This document shows, piece by piece, positions 53,520 to 63,150 of a stretch of DNA of 64,000 nt (position 1 is the first letter of the stretch; each line of letters begins with the position of its first letter). The position numbers and the translations under genes are program-made. Under the pieces are notes generated by a model, which was given only the letters and a program-made list of their open reading frames with translations, had not been told where the DNA came from and searched no databases. The DNA comes from an uncultured Bifidobacteriaceae bacterium. Lineage in GTDB: Bacteria; Acidobacteriota; Vicinamibacteria; Vicinamibacterales; UBA2999. Location of the stretch: contig CAZDLW010000002.1 in NCBI GenBank assembly GCA_964505975.1, positions 2,915 through 66,914 on the forward strand, given 5' to 3'.

Positions 53520-54135
53520 CGAATGCGAGGGGGGCTCGCGCGAGGGGCGTTGTGCCCTCTCTGAGCGCGGCGACGTACGTCCCGTCGCTGAGGATCCGCC
53601 CGTCGAACTCCGCCACGACCGTACCTCCGACGAGGGGTGTGGCAGGTCGTGTGGGCACGGGCCCAGGAAAGGGCCCCTCGACGCGCGGTCCGTGGCGTGG
53701 AATGCGTGTCACGAGTTCTGGCTCGATTCGTGTGCCATCGGCCCGCATCAAGTCGAGTGTGTAATCCGGAACCCCCACGAAGGTGTGCAGCGGGTGGAAC
53801 GTCAGTTCGACGTGGAGATCGACGCGCGCTTCTCGTCCAAGGAGCATCTCGAGGGCCTGCTTCTGGGTCAATCCCCCGCTGCCAGCTCGCGCCCGCTCTT
53901 CCGCCGCCATGGCGACGCGCCGAAATGGCGTCACGATGTCGATATGGTCCACTGGCGCCTGAGCCACGATCACACGGTACTGTGCGTGGAAACGTGCGCG
54001 TTGGCTGTCGAGACGCGACTGTCCGATGATGATGGCGTCCTGGATGGCCTGAAGATCCAACGTGGGTTGCAGGCAGACCGGGGTCGCGTGCCAGAGGGAC
54101 ACGAGAGCGCCCACGATGAGGAAACGGACGGCCAC
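53506..54135 (-). CDS. Hypothetical secreted protein
   Basis: N-terminal hydrophobic segment 'FLIVGALVSLWHA' and coding-like composition. No family recognised. Confidence 0.5.
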   Translation of the reverse strand: MAVRFLIVGALVSLWHATPVCLQPTLDLQAIQDAIIIGQSRLDSQRARFHAQYRVIVAQAPVDHIDIVTPFRRVAMAAEERARAGSGGLTQKQALEMLLGREARVDLHVELTFHPLHTFVGVPDYTLDLMRADGTRIEPELVTRIPRHGPRVEGPFPGPVPTRPATPLVGGTVVAEFDGRILSDGTYVAALREGTTPLARAPLAFALIR

Positions 54136-54257
54136 ACTCGAATAGTACCGCTGAAGATGGATTCGCTCAAACCCGCGGGCACCGATCGACCCACAGGAAT
54201 GGCGGCTCGATGTCGCGGGTCACCAGACGCCGACGCCTGGGTCCGCTGTCGTGAAGT

Positions 54258-54288
54258 GTGTGCGTCGCGGCGGGGACGCGACGCACAC
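54258..54288. other. Very stable intergenic hairpin (12-bp perfect stem)
   Basis: GTGTGCGTCGCG-gcgggga-CGCGACGCACAC. No U-tract. It lies in the 548-nt gap between divergent genes. Confidence 0.5.
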
Positions 54289-54495
54289 GTCCGGGCTTCG
54301 CTGACGGACTGCCAGCTGACCGCGGATCTCAGAGACGGACTGCCCTGCGCGGCTGGCGCCGCGCAGCGTGTCGATATTCCCTTCGTGCCCCAGTTCTCGG
54401 GGACGTCTCGCTCACTGGAAACAGGCGTGGCACTTCGCCAATGAAGCGATTCGCAAAGCAGATTTCAGACCATTTCAAGTGATGCAGAATGTGCG

Positions 54496-54537
54496 CGAAT
54501 TGTTCCTCTATATGACAATTCGATTACCAGAATCGAA
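54496..54537. promoter_or_regulatory. Two overlapping inverted repeats in an AT-rich island upstream of the SDR gene
   Basis: CGAATTGT-(11 nt)-ACAATTCG at 54496-54522, and TTCGATT-accag-AATCGAA at 54519-54537. Both lie about 150 nt upstream of the ATG at 54684. Confidence 0.3.
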
Positions 54538-54683
54538 AATGGATTTCGTGACGAGAACATCTGCACGGACGTGCCTAGAAAAGAGCCGGGCTGGCCTATC
54601 TGCACAGAAGCGTCTGCGCCCGCCGATCGGAACCGGGATGGTCAGTCACCGGTCGCACATGAGCTCCGGAGTAATATCCGCCA

Positions 54684-55424
54684 ATGGATGTTCGGGGAAA
54701 AGTCGCGCTCCTGACCGGTGGGCGGCGAATCGGGGCCGTGGTTGCGACCGAGCTCGGTCGGCATGGCGCTCACACGGCGCTGCTGTATTTTCGCGAACGG
54801 GCCAAGGCCGAGGAGACTGCCGACGCCGTGCGTGGTTTCGGCCCGCGTGCCCTTACGATGCAGGCGGACCTGCGCCAGCCGGATGAATGCAGACGCGTGG
54901 TCGAGCAGACGGTGGATACCTTCGGACGGCTCGACATCCTCATCCACATGGCGTCGATCTATGCGGCGAAGCCGTTCGACGAGCTGACGCTCTCCGACTG
55001 GGAGGATCAAATGGCGGTGGACCTCCGCGCGGCCTGGTTGTGCGCCCGTGCGGCGGTGCCGCACATGCGCCGCTCGCGTGGCGGGCGCATCATCACCTTC
55101 TCGGACTGGGTGGCTGGAAGCGGTCGCCCGAGATATCCGGGATACCTCGCCTACTACGTTGCAAAAGCCGGCGTAATTGCCTTGAGCGAGGGACTGGCGC
55201 TGGAGTTGGCGGCTGATGGCATTCTCGTCAATGCCATTGCCCCTGGGCCAATCGTAGCTCCGGAGGGTACGACCGCCGAGGAGATCGCAAAGATCGAGCG
55301 CGCCACGCCGCTCGGGCGGTGGGGTGGCGAACGCGAGATTGCCAAGGTCGTGCTGGCTCTCATCGACAGCGACTTCATTACCGGAGAGACGATCCGAGTG
55401 GACGGCGGGAGACACGTCAAGTAG
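54684..55424 (+). CDS. Short-chain dehydrogenase/reductase (FabG-like)
   Basis: 'KVALLTGGRRIGAVVA' is the TGxxxGxG-like motif. 'YYVAKAG' is YxxxK. 'NAIAPGPI' is also present. Confidence 0.85.
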   Translation: MDVRGKVALLTGGRRIGAVVATELGRHGAHTALLYFRERAKAEETADAVRGFGPRALTMQADLRQPDECRRVVEQTVDTFGRLDILIHMASIYAAKPFDELTLSDWEDQMAVDLRAAWLCARAAVPHMRRSRGGRIITFSDWVAGSGRPRYPGYLAYYVAKAGVIALSEGLALELAADGILVNAIAPGPIVAPEGTTAEEIAKIERATPLGRWGGEREIAKVVLALIDSDFITGETIRVDGGRHVK

Positions 55425-55485
55425 CGACGTTCCCGGCTGCTGGTCGGCACCCATGTCGTACCGCGGATCGGTCGAGGCGACCGCG

Positions 55486-57720
55486 CTACCGGGTGCCGGT
55501 GGATAGAGTGTCTCCGCTCAGTACACGCATGACGAAATCGAACATCAGTTGCCGCACGTGCAGGTTGAGCGCCGGGTCGGTGATGGAATGACGTGACCGC
55601 GGGTATAGCATCATCTCGAATGGCTTGCCGGCTTTCTGCAGCGCATGGGCGAATTGCAGGGAGTTCTGCATGTGCACGTTGTCGTCGAGCGTGCCATGGA
55701 TGAGAAGTATCCGGCCGTGCAGTCGATCGGCCGCGAGGTACGGAGACGTGCGGTGATATCCATCGGCATTGTTCTGCGGCATCTTCATGTACCGCTCGGT
55801 GTAGATCGTGTCGTAATCGCGCCAGTCGGTGACTGGCGCCCCCACGATGCCCGCGGCCCAGCTCGTGCTGTGTGTGAGCGCGTAGGCGGTCATGAAGCCG
55901 CCATAACTCCAGCCGCTCAGAACGATGCGCGATGCGTCGACATACGACTGCTGCCGCAGCCAGGTCACACCGTCCTCGAGGTCCTGCAGTTCCAGTTCGC
56001 CGAGCCGGCCGTATACCGGCCATTGCGATTCGACACCCCGGCCGCTGGCGCTGCGGTTGTCGAGAATCCACACGAGGATTCCCTGCTGGGCCAGCAACTG
56101 GTGAAACATGTACTGCACGCCGCCCCACTGGTTCCGCACCTGAGCCGCTCCCGGTCCTGCGTACGTGGACTGATAGACGGGATAGCGCCGTGAGGGATCG
56201 AAATCAGGCGGCGTGATCAGCATGCCGTCCATCACGAAGCCGTCGCGGGTCGGAACCTGCACGAACTCAGGTACGGACAGGCGGTATTCGGCGAGGGCGG
56301 GAACCGCGTTCCGATCGATCGTGCGGAGCTCGGTTCCGTCCGCACGGTGCAGCCGTACCTGCGTCGGAGTGTGGAGGTCACTCCAGATGCCAACGTATTG
56401 TGTGAAGGTCGGATTGAAGACGGCGCGGTGTGTGCCGTCCCGTTGTGAGAGTCGGGTGAGGCCGCTGCCGTCCAGGCGGATACGATAGATGTCGGTGCCG
56501 ATCGGCGCGCGCTCGGTCGCCGCGACGTAGATCCAGCCAGTGGCTTCGTCGACGCCGTACAGCGTCCGTACGTCCCAGCTCCCGCGGGTCACGTGATGGA
56601 GCAGGTGTCCATCCGGCTGGTACCGGTAGAGATGTTTGAACCCGCTGCGCTCGCTGAACCAGAGAAACGACCCGTCTTCCAGCCAGATCGGATTGCCGTT
56701 CTCGTTCACCCACGCCGGACTGGTCTCGCGCAGTACGGGGCGCGTACGCCCCGTGGATGCGTCGGCCAGGTGCAGGTCCAGCCAGGTCTGTTCGCGATCC
56801 TGGACCTGGTGCACAACCTGGCGTGAATCGCGTGTCCAGTCGACGTTCACAATGAGATAGTCGAGCGCGGAGTATGTGCTGAGATCGACCCATGACGGGC
56901 TGCCGCCCGCGACCCGGGAGATGCCGAGCTTCACACCCGGATTCGGATCGCCCGCTTTCGGGTAACGCATCACTTCCACGTCCGGGCGATACGGGATGTG
57001 GTCCACGATCGTGTACGTCGGCACTCGACGTTGATCGAGCTGGAGAAACGCAAGTCGCGTCGAATCCGGGCTCCACCAGAAGGCCCGGAATCGACCCCGT
57101 CCGTAGATCTCTTCCTGGTAGAGCCAGTCCAGCTTGCCATTCAGGATTTCGTCATCGCCGTCGGTGGTCAGCGCGCGTTCGATCCGCGTGTCGATATCCA
57201 CGACGTAGAGGTTGTTGGCACGGACGAACGCGACGATACGCCCATCAGGGCTGAACATCGCCTCTTCTTCGCTTCCAACCGTACTGGTGAGGCGTGCGGC
57301 TCGCGAGGTGGTGAAGTCGTAGTAGTAAAGATCGTCGGCGATCGTCAGAAGGGCACCCGTTCTCGGGGGACTGACGGTGATCCGGTTGGACCAGGCGAGC
57401 TGACCGGCCTCCTCCCGGGTAACGCCCGGGAGCGCCGCGAGGGCGGTCTCGAAACGGGCCTGATCGAACAACGGCGCCGTCTGGCCCGATGACGCGTCGA
57501 CCCGCAGCCACTGCACGCCGCGCCCGTCTCGGCGGACCACCGTGTACGTATCCGCATCGAGCCAGGTGATGCCTGTCTCCGGTGTGCCGCTGAAGTCGAC
57601 ACGGCGCTGAGGGTCGTAGAGTGTTTCGAGGGTCAGCGGGCGTTGCCCCTGGGCGGCGGCTCCGATTCCGAGCAGGATCAGGCCGAGACAGAGTCCGGTC
57701 GATCGCAGGCGCTTCTGCAT
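55486..57720 (-). CDS. S9-family serine peptidase, dipeptidyl-peptidase IV-like (beta-propeller + alpha/beta hydrolase)
   Basis: Signal peptide 'GLCLGLILLGIGAAAQGQ', a DPPIV_N-like propeller, the 'LSGWSYGGFMTAY' nucleophile elbow, and 'LLIHGTLDDNVH'. Start at the ATG at 57720. Confidence 0.85.
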   Translation of the reverse strand: MQKRLRSTGLCLGLILLGIGAAAQGQRPLTLETLYDPQRRVDFSGTPETGITWLDADTYTVVRRDGRGVQWLRVDASSGQTAPLFDQARFETALAALPGVTREEAGQLAWSNRITVSPPRTGALLTIADDLYYYDFTTSRAARLTSTVGSEEEAMFSPDGRIVAFVRANNLYVVDIDTRIERALTTDGDDEILNGKLDWLYQEEIYGRGRFRAFWWSPDSTRLAFLQLDQRRVPTYTIVDHIPYRPDVEVMRYPKAGDPNPGVKLGISRVAGGSPSWVDLSTYSALDYLIVNVDWTRDSRQVVHQVQDREQTWLDLHLADASTGRTRPVLRETSPAWVNENGNPIWLEDGSFLWFSERSGFKHLYRYQPDGHLLHHVTRGSWDVRTLYGVDEATGWIYVAATERAPIGTDIYRIRLDGSGLTRLSQRDGTHRAVFNPTFTQYVGIWSDLHTPTQVRLHRADGTELRTIDRNAVPALAEYRLSVPEFVQVPTRDGFVMDGMLITPPDFDPSRRYPVYQSTYAGPGAAQVRNQWGGVQYMFHQLLAQQGILVWILDNRSASGRGVESQWPVYGRLGELELQDLEDGVTWLRQQSYVDASRIVLSGWSYGGFMTAYALTHSTSWAAGIVGAPVTDWRDYDTIYTERYMKMPQNNADGYHRTSPYLAADRLHGRILLIHGTLDDNVHMQNSLQFAHALQKAGKPFEMMLYPRSRHSITDPALNLHVRQLMFDFVMRVLSGDTLSTGTR

Positions 57721-58046
57721 GCGGGCAAGATTACCATTCAGCAGCGGCCGGCCCATACAGCGGTCGACACGGACCCACAGGGTCACGGTCGCGCATCGAC
57801 CGGGGACGGCGAGGTGACGGACATCGGCGGGCTGAATGGCTGAGTTGACGTTCTGGGGCGCCGCTCGCACGGTGACGGGGTCCAAGGTTCACGGTGAAAC
57901 TGGCCCGATGGAGGCATCGAAGGCACTCATCGAGGCCCCCTGGGTTGGGTCCCACGCATGCCGGTGCATGGAGAGACCATTGCGCTCGGTGGGTCCGCGC
58001 CGTCGCCGTCCTGACACGGGGGGTTCGCGCTGTCGGGGCGCCAATC

Positions 58047-58085
58047 TTGACTTTCCGGTTAGTTGGATTAACTATACGGTTAGTT
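58047..58085 (+). promoter_or_regulatory. Candidate promoter plus TetR operator (direct and inverted repeats)
   Basis: TTGACT at 58047-58052. CGGTTAGTT occurs twice, at 58056-58064 and 58077-58085, with a 21-bp spacing. TAGTT-ggatt-AACTA is an inverted repeat between the two copies. The element ends 4 nt before the TetR ATG. Confidence 0.45.
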
Positions 58086-58088
58086 ATC

Positions 58089-58793
58089 ATGCTGACCACG
58101 CGCCCGGCGCGCCCCCGCTCCGGTCCTCACCGTCGCACGACGGCGGTCCGGTCCAGCCGCGCACGCAGACGCCCCTCGGTTCCGGCCTCCGACACTCGCA
58201 CGGCGATCTTCGCCGCTGCCGCCAATGGCTTTTCTGCTCGAGGCTTCGACGGTGTCACCGTCGGCAACATCGCACGCGAGGCGGGCGTCAACAAGGCGAT
58301 GATCTACTACCACTTTCCCGACAAGCTTGCTCTGTATCGTGGGGTGGTCGCCGAGATGCTCGCGGCGGCGAGTGCCCACATGGCCGAGATTGCCGCCGCG
58401 CCCGAGACTCCCGACGTCAAGGTGCAACGCATCGTCGACATGTTCATTGGTCTGACGGCCGAGCGCCCCTGGGGTCCTCCCTTGATGCTGCGGGAGATCG
58501 CCGAGGGCGCGCCACACCTCGACCTCGCGACCCTGGGGCTCATGCGCAGTGTCTTCCTGTCGTTTCGCCGGATCCTGGCCGAAGGGGAGACGCTGCGGAT
58601 GTTCCGAACGCTCAACCCCGTCCTGGCGTATGTCAGCGTGGTTGGGCCACTGCTGCTCAACGCCGCTCGCGAGCGTGCGGCGGCGCTGCCAGGCCGCCGG
58701 CAGCTGCCGATGTTCGCCGAGGTCTCACGGGACGAACTGGCCGCCCACATGCGAACAGCCATCGGACGCCTGTTCGCGAAGGACGAGAGATGA
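58089..58793 (+). CDS. TetR/AcrR-family transcriptional regulator
   Basis: 'IFAAAANGFSARGFDGVTVGNIAREAGVNKAMIYYHFPDKLALY' is the TetR_N HTH. Confidence 0.85.
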   Translation: MLTTRPARPRSGPHRRTTAVRSSRARRRPSVPASDTRTAIFAAAANGFSARGFDGVTVGNIAREAGVNKAMIYYHFPDKLALYRGVVAEMLAAASAHMAEIAAAPETPDVKVQRIVDMFIGLTAERPWGPPLMLREIAEGAPHLDLATLGLMRSVFLSFRRILAEGETLRMFRTLNPVLAYVSVVGPLLLNAARERAAALPGRRQLPMFAEVSRDELAAHMRTAIGRLFAKDER

Positions 58794-59809
58794 CTCGCGT
58801 TGCGGTCGTGCCGCTGCTCGTACTGGTCGCCGCGTGTAGTAACAGCCCGTCAGACACGATGATTCGCGTATCGGGCCATGTCGACGCCACGGAGATTCGG
58901 CTGGCCCCCGATGTCGGTGGCCGCGTCCTCGAGATGGGGCCGCGCGAGGGCGCTCGCATCTCGGTCGGTGATGAGATCCTTCGACTCGACCCCCGCGACA
59001 CCGAGTTGGCCCTGCGGCGCGTTCGTGCAGAACTGGCGCAGGCGGAGGCACAGCTCGCGCTCGTGCGTGCAGGCGCACGGGCCGAAGAGATTCGTCAGGC
59101 GGAGGCCGAGATCGACGCTGTCCGAGCAGAGCTGGCCGCAGGTCGGGCGGAACTCGCCTCGGCCGATCAGGATCTCACCCGGTTCGAGACCCTGCTCGCG
59201 ACCAACGCCGGCTCGGTGAAGCAGCGGGACGACGCTGCCACGCGACGTGATGTCGCGCGCGACCGTCTGGCGGCGGGCGAGGCTCGGCTGCAGGCGGCAC
59301 AGGCGGCGCTGGATCGCCTTCTGGCGGGTGCCCGCGCACAGGAGATTCTCGCCGCGCGTGCGCGTGTCGAGGCCGCCCGGGCCGGGGTCGCCATGCTCGA
59401 GAAGAGCCTGGCCGATACGACTCTCGTATCCCCGGTCGACGGCATTGTCACCGAGCAGCTCGCTCACGTCGGCGAAATCGTTGCGCCGCGTGCACCGGTG
59501 ATCGTGCTGGTCGATCTGGATCGCGCATGGGCCGATGTATTCGTGGCGGGCCCGACCGTACCGCGCATTCGACTGGGACAGACGGCGACGCTCTTCACCG
59601 ATGCGGGCGGTCCCGGTATCGCGGGTACGGTTACGTATGTATCTCCGATCGCCGAGTTCACTCCTCGCAATGTGCAGACGGCCGACGAGCGCGCCCGCCT
59701 CGTCTACCGCATTCGCATCAGTGTGGACAATCGCGATGGCGTGCTGAAGCAGGGGATGGCGGTCGAGGCCGAGATTCCGCTCCTGGCCATGCCGGCACAT
59801 ACATCATGA
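58790..59809 (+). CDS. HlyD-family periplasmic adaptor (membrane fusion) protein
   Basis: The ATGA overlaps the TetR stop. Lipobox-like 'LLVLVAACS'. A coiled-coil hairpin ('AELAQAEAQLALVRAGARAEEI...') and a beta-barrel ('PVDGIVTEQLAHVGEIV') follow. Confidence 0.85.
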   Translation: MTRVAVVPLLVLVAACSNSPSDTMIRVSGHVDATEIRLAPDVGGRVLEMGPREGARISVGDEILRLDPRDTELALRRVRAELAQAEAQLALVRAGARAEEIRQAEAEIDAVRAELAAGRAELASADQDLTRFETLLATNAGSVKQRDDAATRRDVARDRLAAGEARLQAAQAALDRLLAGARAQEILAARARVEAARAGVAMLEKSLADTTLVSPVDGIVTEQLAHVGEIVAPRAPVIVLVDLDRAWADVFVAGPTVPRIRLGQTATLFTDAGGPGIAGTVTYVSPIAEFTPRNVQTADERARLVYRIRISVDNRDGVLKQGMAVEAEIPLLAMPAHTS

Positions 59810-60735
59810 CCGCGCTGGCGTTCGACCGTGTCGTGAAGCGCTTCGGTGCGGTGGCGGCCGTTCAGCAGCTCTCGCTGACGGTTGGTCGTGGCGAGCTCTT
59901 CGGTCTCATCGGTCCGGATGGCGCCGGCAAGACCACCGCCATCCGGTTGTTGTGCGGCCTGCTCCGTCCCGATGCAGGCGCCGTGCGTGTGCTGGGGCAC
60001 GACCCGGCGCAGGACCATCGGGCCATCACGGCGCGGGTGGGCTATCTCTCGCAGCGGTTCAGCCTCTACGGGGACCTCAGCGTCGACGAGAACATCGCGT
60101 TCTTTGCCGAGATCCACGGCGTCCGCGATCACCGATCGCGCAGCGCCCGTCTGCTCGATCTGACCCGGCTCACGCCCTTCCGGGGCCGACTGGCGGATCA
60201 GCTGTCGGGTGGAATGAAACAGAAGCTGGCACTGGCGTGCACGCTGGTGCACGAGCCGGAGGTCTTGCTGCTCGACGAGCCGACGACCGGAGTGGATCCC
60301 GTGTCGCGTCGTGAATTCTGGAGAACGCTGTCCGAATTCCTCGCCGCTGGCGTCACGGTGCTGCTGTCGACGCCATATCTCGACGAGGCGGAGCGGTGCT
60401 CGCGCGTGGCGTTGCTTCACGAAGGTCGGTTGCTCGCACTCGACGAGCCGGAGCGGCTACGGGGCAGTCTCCGCGGCACGCTTCTGGAGGTCACCACGGC
60501 GGATCCCGCGCGTGCGGTGAACGCGTTGCGCGAGTGGGGTCACGGCGACGCGCAGGTGTTTGGCGATCGCGTGCATGTGTTCTCGTCGTGCACCGATAAG
60601 GACGAGGCGATTCGCCACTTCACGAGGGACGCCAGCCGGGCTGGAGTCGAGCCGACGAGCGTTCGCCCGATCCTGCCGTCGCTGGAGGATGTCTTCATTG
60701 CGCGATTGGGTGGCGCCGAGAGGAGTTCTCTGTAG
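59806..60735 (+). CDS. ABC transporter ATP-binding protein
   Basis: ATGA overlap with the upstream stop. 'GLIGPDGAGKTT', 'LSGGMKQKLALAC' and 'LLLDEPTTGVD'. Confidence 0.9.
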   Translation: MTALAFDRVVKRFGAVAAVQQLSLTVGRGELFGLIGPDGAGKTTAIRLLCGLLRPDAGAVRVLGHDPAQDHRAITARVGYLSQRFSLYGDLSVDENIAFFAEIHGVRDHRSRSARLLDLTRLTPFRGRLADQLSGGMKQKLALACTLVHEPEVLLLDEPTTGVDPVSRREFWRTLSEFLAAGVTVLLSTPYLDEAERCSRVALLHEGRLLALDEPERLRGSLRGTLLEVTTADPARAVNALREWGHGDAQVFGDRVHVFSSCTDKDEAIRHFTRDASRAGVEPTSVRPILPSLEDVFIARLGGAERSSL

Positions 60736-60809
60736 GCCGCGAACGGTGCGGTGCCCATTTGGACCAGGCCTGCCGGCCCGAATGCTTCAAGTCGTTGATG
60801 GACACAAAC

Positions 60810-62153
60810 ATGCTGGTCACACGAGAATTGCGGCTCTGTGCCTGTGCACTGGTCGTGCTGGTGTTGCCGCACACGGCAGCGGCGCAGCCGGCGCCGCCCG
60901 CGTTGACCCTGGACGACGCCATCACCCGTTCCTTCGAAACGAGTCATCGGCTCGCCCAGATGCGAGCACACGGCGAGGCCGCAGAAGCAGCCATCCGAGG
61001 CCGTCAGGCTGAGCGACGGCCCGAAATCACGACGGTCGCCGGGTATACACGAACGAATCACGTGGACGAGTTCGGTGTTCCATTGCCGGATGGCCGGCTT
61101 CGTGTCATCTACCCCGACATCCCGAGCAACGTGCACACGCGAATGGCCTTCCGCTGGCCCATCTACACAGGGGGACGACTCGACGCGCTCGAGCGTGCGG
61201 CTCAGGCGGAGGCCGGCGTGCGAGCAGCGGAGATCCGGATCGCGCGTGCAGACTTGCGTTTCGAGGTCGTACGGAGCTACTGGGGGCTCGCGACGGCAGA
61301 AGAGGCCGTGAAGGTGCTGGAGAGTGCGCTCGTCCGTGTCGAGGGGCACCTCGCGGCGGTGCGCAGCCGGTTCGAAACCGGCCTGGTCCCGCCCAACGAT
61401 GTATTGAGTGTCGAAGCTCAGCACTCGCGGCAACGGATGCTGCTCATCGAGGCGCGGAACCAGCGTGAGGCGTCGAGCGCCGGGCTCCGCCGGCTTATCG
61501 GAGCGGAGCCGGACGAGGCGCTGGCGCTCGCGGACAGGTTCGACTCGCGAACCCCGTCCGACGACGCCGCTGTCACGACGCCCGGTGCTCTGGTGGAGGC
61601 AGCGCTCGCGCAGCGCCCTGAACGGGAGGCCCTGCTTCTCGGGCTGGCGAGCGCGATACAGCGACATGAGGCGACTGCCGCCGGGCGATGGCCCACCGTG
61701 ACCGCTGCCGGCGGGGTGGACTATGCGAATCCGAATCCGCGGCTCTTCCCTCGGCGTGATGTGTGGCGGGAATCGTGGGACGTGAGTGTGCATGTCGGCT
61801 GGATATTGTGGGATGGTGGTCGGACGGCTGCCGCACGCGCGGAGGCTGTGGCGGGCATTGCGGCGTCGCGCGCACGTCTGGCGGACTTCGACGAAGGCGT
61901 GTCAACCGAGGTCCGCCTGCGACTGCTGGATCTGGACTCGTCTCAGGCCGCGGTTGCGGCTTCGGCCGATGGTATGAGAGCTGCAGCCGAAGCGCGCCGC
62001 GTCGTGGACGAGCGTTTCGCCGTTGGAATCGCGGTGACGACGGATGTGCTCGACGCACAGATCGCGTTGCTCCAGGCGGAGCTCGATCGTACCCGCGCCC
62101 TGGCCAGCGTGCGTCTGGCGGAGGCCCATCTCGAGCGCGCGCTGGGGCAGTGA
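60810..62153 (+). CDS. TolC-family outer-membrane efflux protein
   Basis: Signal peptide 'CACALVVLVLPHTAAAQ'. Two OEP repeats with the typical 'LTLDDAI...' start and coiled-coil segments. Start is uncertain (60759, 60798 or 60810). Confidence 0.85.
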   Translation: MLVTRELRLCACALVVLVLPHTAAAQPAPPALTLDDAITRSFETSHRLAQMRAHGEAAEAAIRGRQAERRPEITTVAGYTRTNHVDEFGVPLPDGRLRVIYPDIPSNVHTRMAFRWPIYTGGRLDALERAAQAEAGVRAAEIRIARADLRFEVVRSYWGLATAEEAVKVLESALVRVEGHLAAVRSRFETGLVPPNDVLSVEAQHSRQRMLLIEARNQREASSAGLRRLIGAEPDEALALADRFDSRTPSDDAAVTTPGALVEAALAQRPEREALLLGLASAIQRHEATAAGRWPTVTAAGGVDYANPNPRLFPRRDVWRESWDVSVHVGWILWDGGRTAAARAEAVAGIAASRARLADFDEGVSTEVRLRLLDLDSSQAAVAASADGMRAAAEARRVVDERFAVGIAVTTDVLDAQIALLQAELDRTRALASVRLAEAHLERALGQ

Positions 62154-62163
62154 GACTGGCACC

Positions 62164-63150
62164 GTGCAGATCGCAACCAACCCGCCGTCACCGTCGGATC
62201 CACGCCTGATCTCGACGCCCCTTGCCATCCAGGTTCGCGGCCTCACCCGCCGGTTTGGCAGCTTCGTTGCCGTGGACCAGCTTTCGTTCGACGTGCGTCG
62301 AGGGGAGGTTTTCGGCTTTCTCGGTGCCAATGGCGCCGGCAAGTCGACCACCATCCGCATGCTGTGCGGGCTGCTGCGGCCCAGTGGCGGCACGGCGCTC
62401 GTGGATGGAGTCGACGTGGCCGGCGACCCGGAGGGGGTGAAGCGGCGCATCGGGTACATGTCCCAGAAGTTCTCGCTGTACGAGCATCTGACCGTCGATC
62501 AGAACATCCGCTTTTTCGCGGGAATCTATGGCCTCCGGGGGTCGCACCTCGATCAGCGCCGCCGTTTTGTCCTCGATATGGCGGGGCTGGCCGGGCGCGA
62601 GCACATGCTCGCCCGACAGCTGTCGGGCGGCTGGCGCCAGCGGCTGGCGCTCGGATGCGCGATTCTCCACGAGCCGCCGATTGTCTTCCTGGACGAGCCG
62701 ACCGGCGGCGTGGATCCGCTGTCACGCCGGCGGTTCTGGGATCTCATCGCCAACCTCTCGCACGCCGGCACGACCGTGCTGGTGACCACGCACTACCTCG
62801 ACGAAGCCGAACACAGTCATCGACTGGCAATCATCCACCGGGGACGATTGGCGGCTGTCGGTTCGGTGGCCCAGTTGAAGGAGAGGTTCGCCGCACGCCC
62901 GATCATCGAGGTGCACGCCGCACAACCCGTAGCCGTCATGGACGCGCTCGCGGACCTGCCCGGCGTGGAGAAGACCAGCATGTTCGGCACATCCGTGCAT
63001 GCGGTGGTGAGTTCGGCAGAGACGACGGCGGCCGTCCTGCAAGCAGCGCTCGTATCGAGGGGCCTGCCGGTGCGGTCGGTGACATCCGTGGCGCCGTCCC
63101 TGGAGGACGTGTTTCTCGACATCGTGGAGCGCGAGCGCGAGAGTGTATGA
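62164..63150 (+). CDS. ABC transporter ATP-binding protein (second ATPase of the efflux system)
   Basis: GTG start 10 nt after the TolC stop. 'GFLGANGAGKSTT', 'LSGGWRQRLALGC' and 'VFLDEPTGGVD'. Confidence 0.85.
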   Translation: MQIATNPPSPSDPRLISTPLAIQVRGLTRRFGSFVAVDQLSFDVRRGEVFGFLGANGAGKSTTIRMLCGLLRPSGGTALVDGVDVAGDPEGVKRRIGYMSQKFSLYEHLTVDQNIRFFAGIYGLRGSHLDQRRRFVLDMAGLAGREHMLARQLSGGWRQRLALGCAILHEPPIVFLDEPTGGVDPLSRRRFWDLIANLSHAGTTVLVTTHYLDEAEHSHRLAIIHRGRLAAVGSVAQLKERFAARPIIEVHAAQPVAVMDALADLPGVEKTSMFGTSVHAVVSSAETTAAVLQAALVSRGLPVRSVTSVAPSLEDVFLDIVERERESV

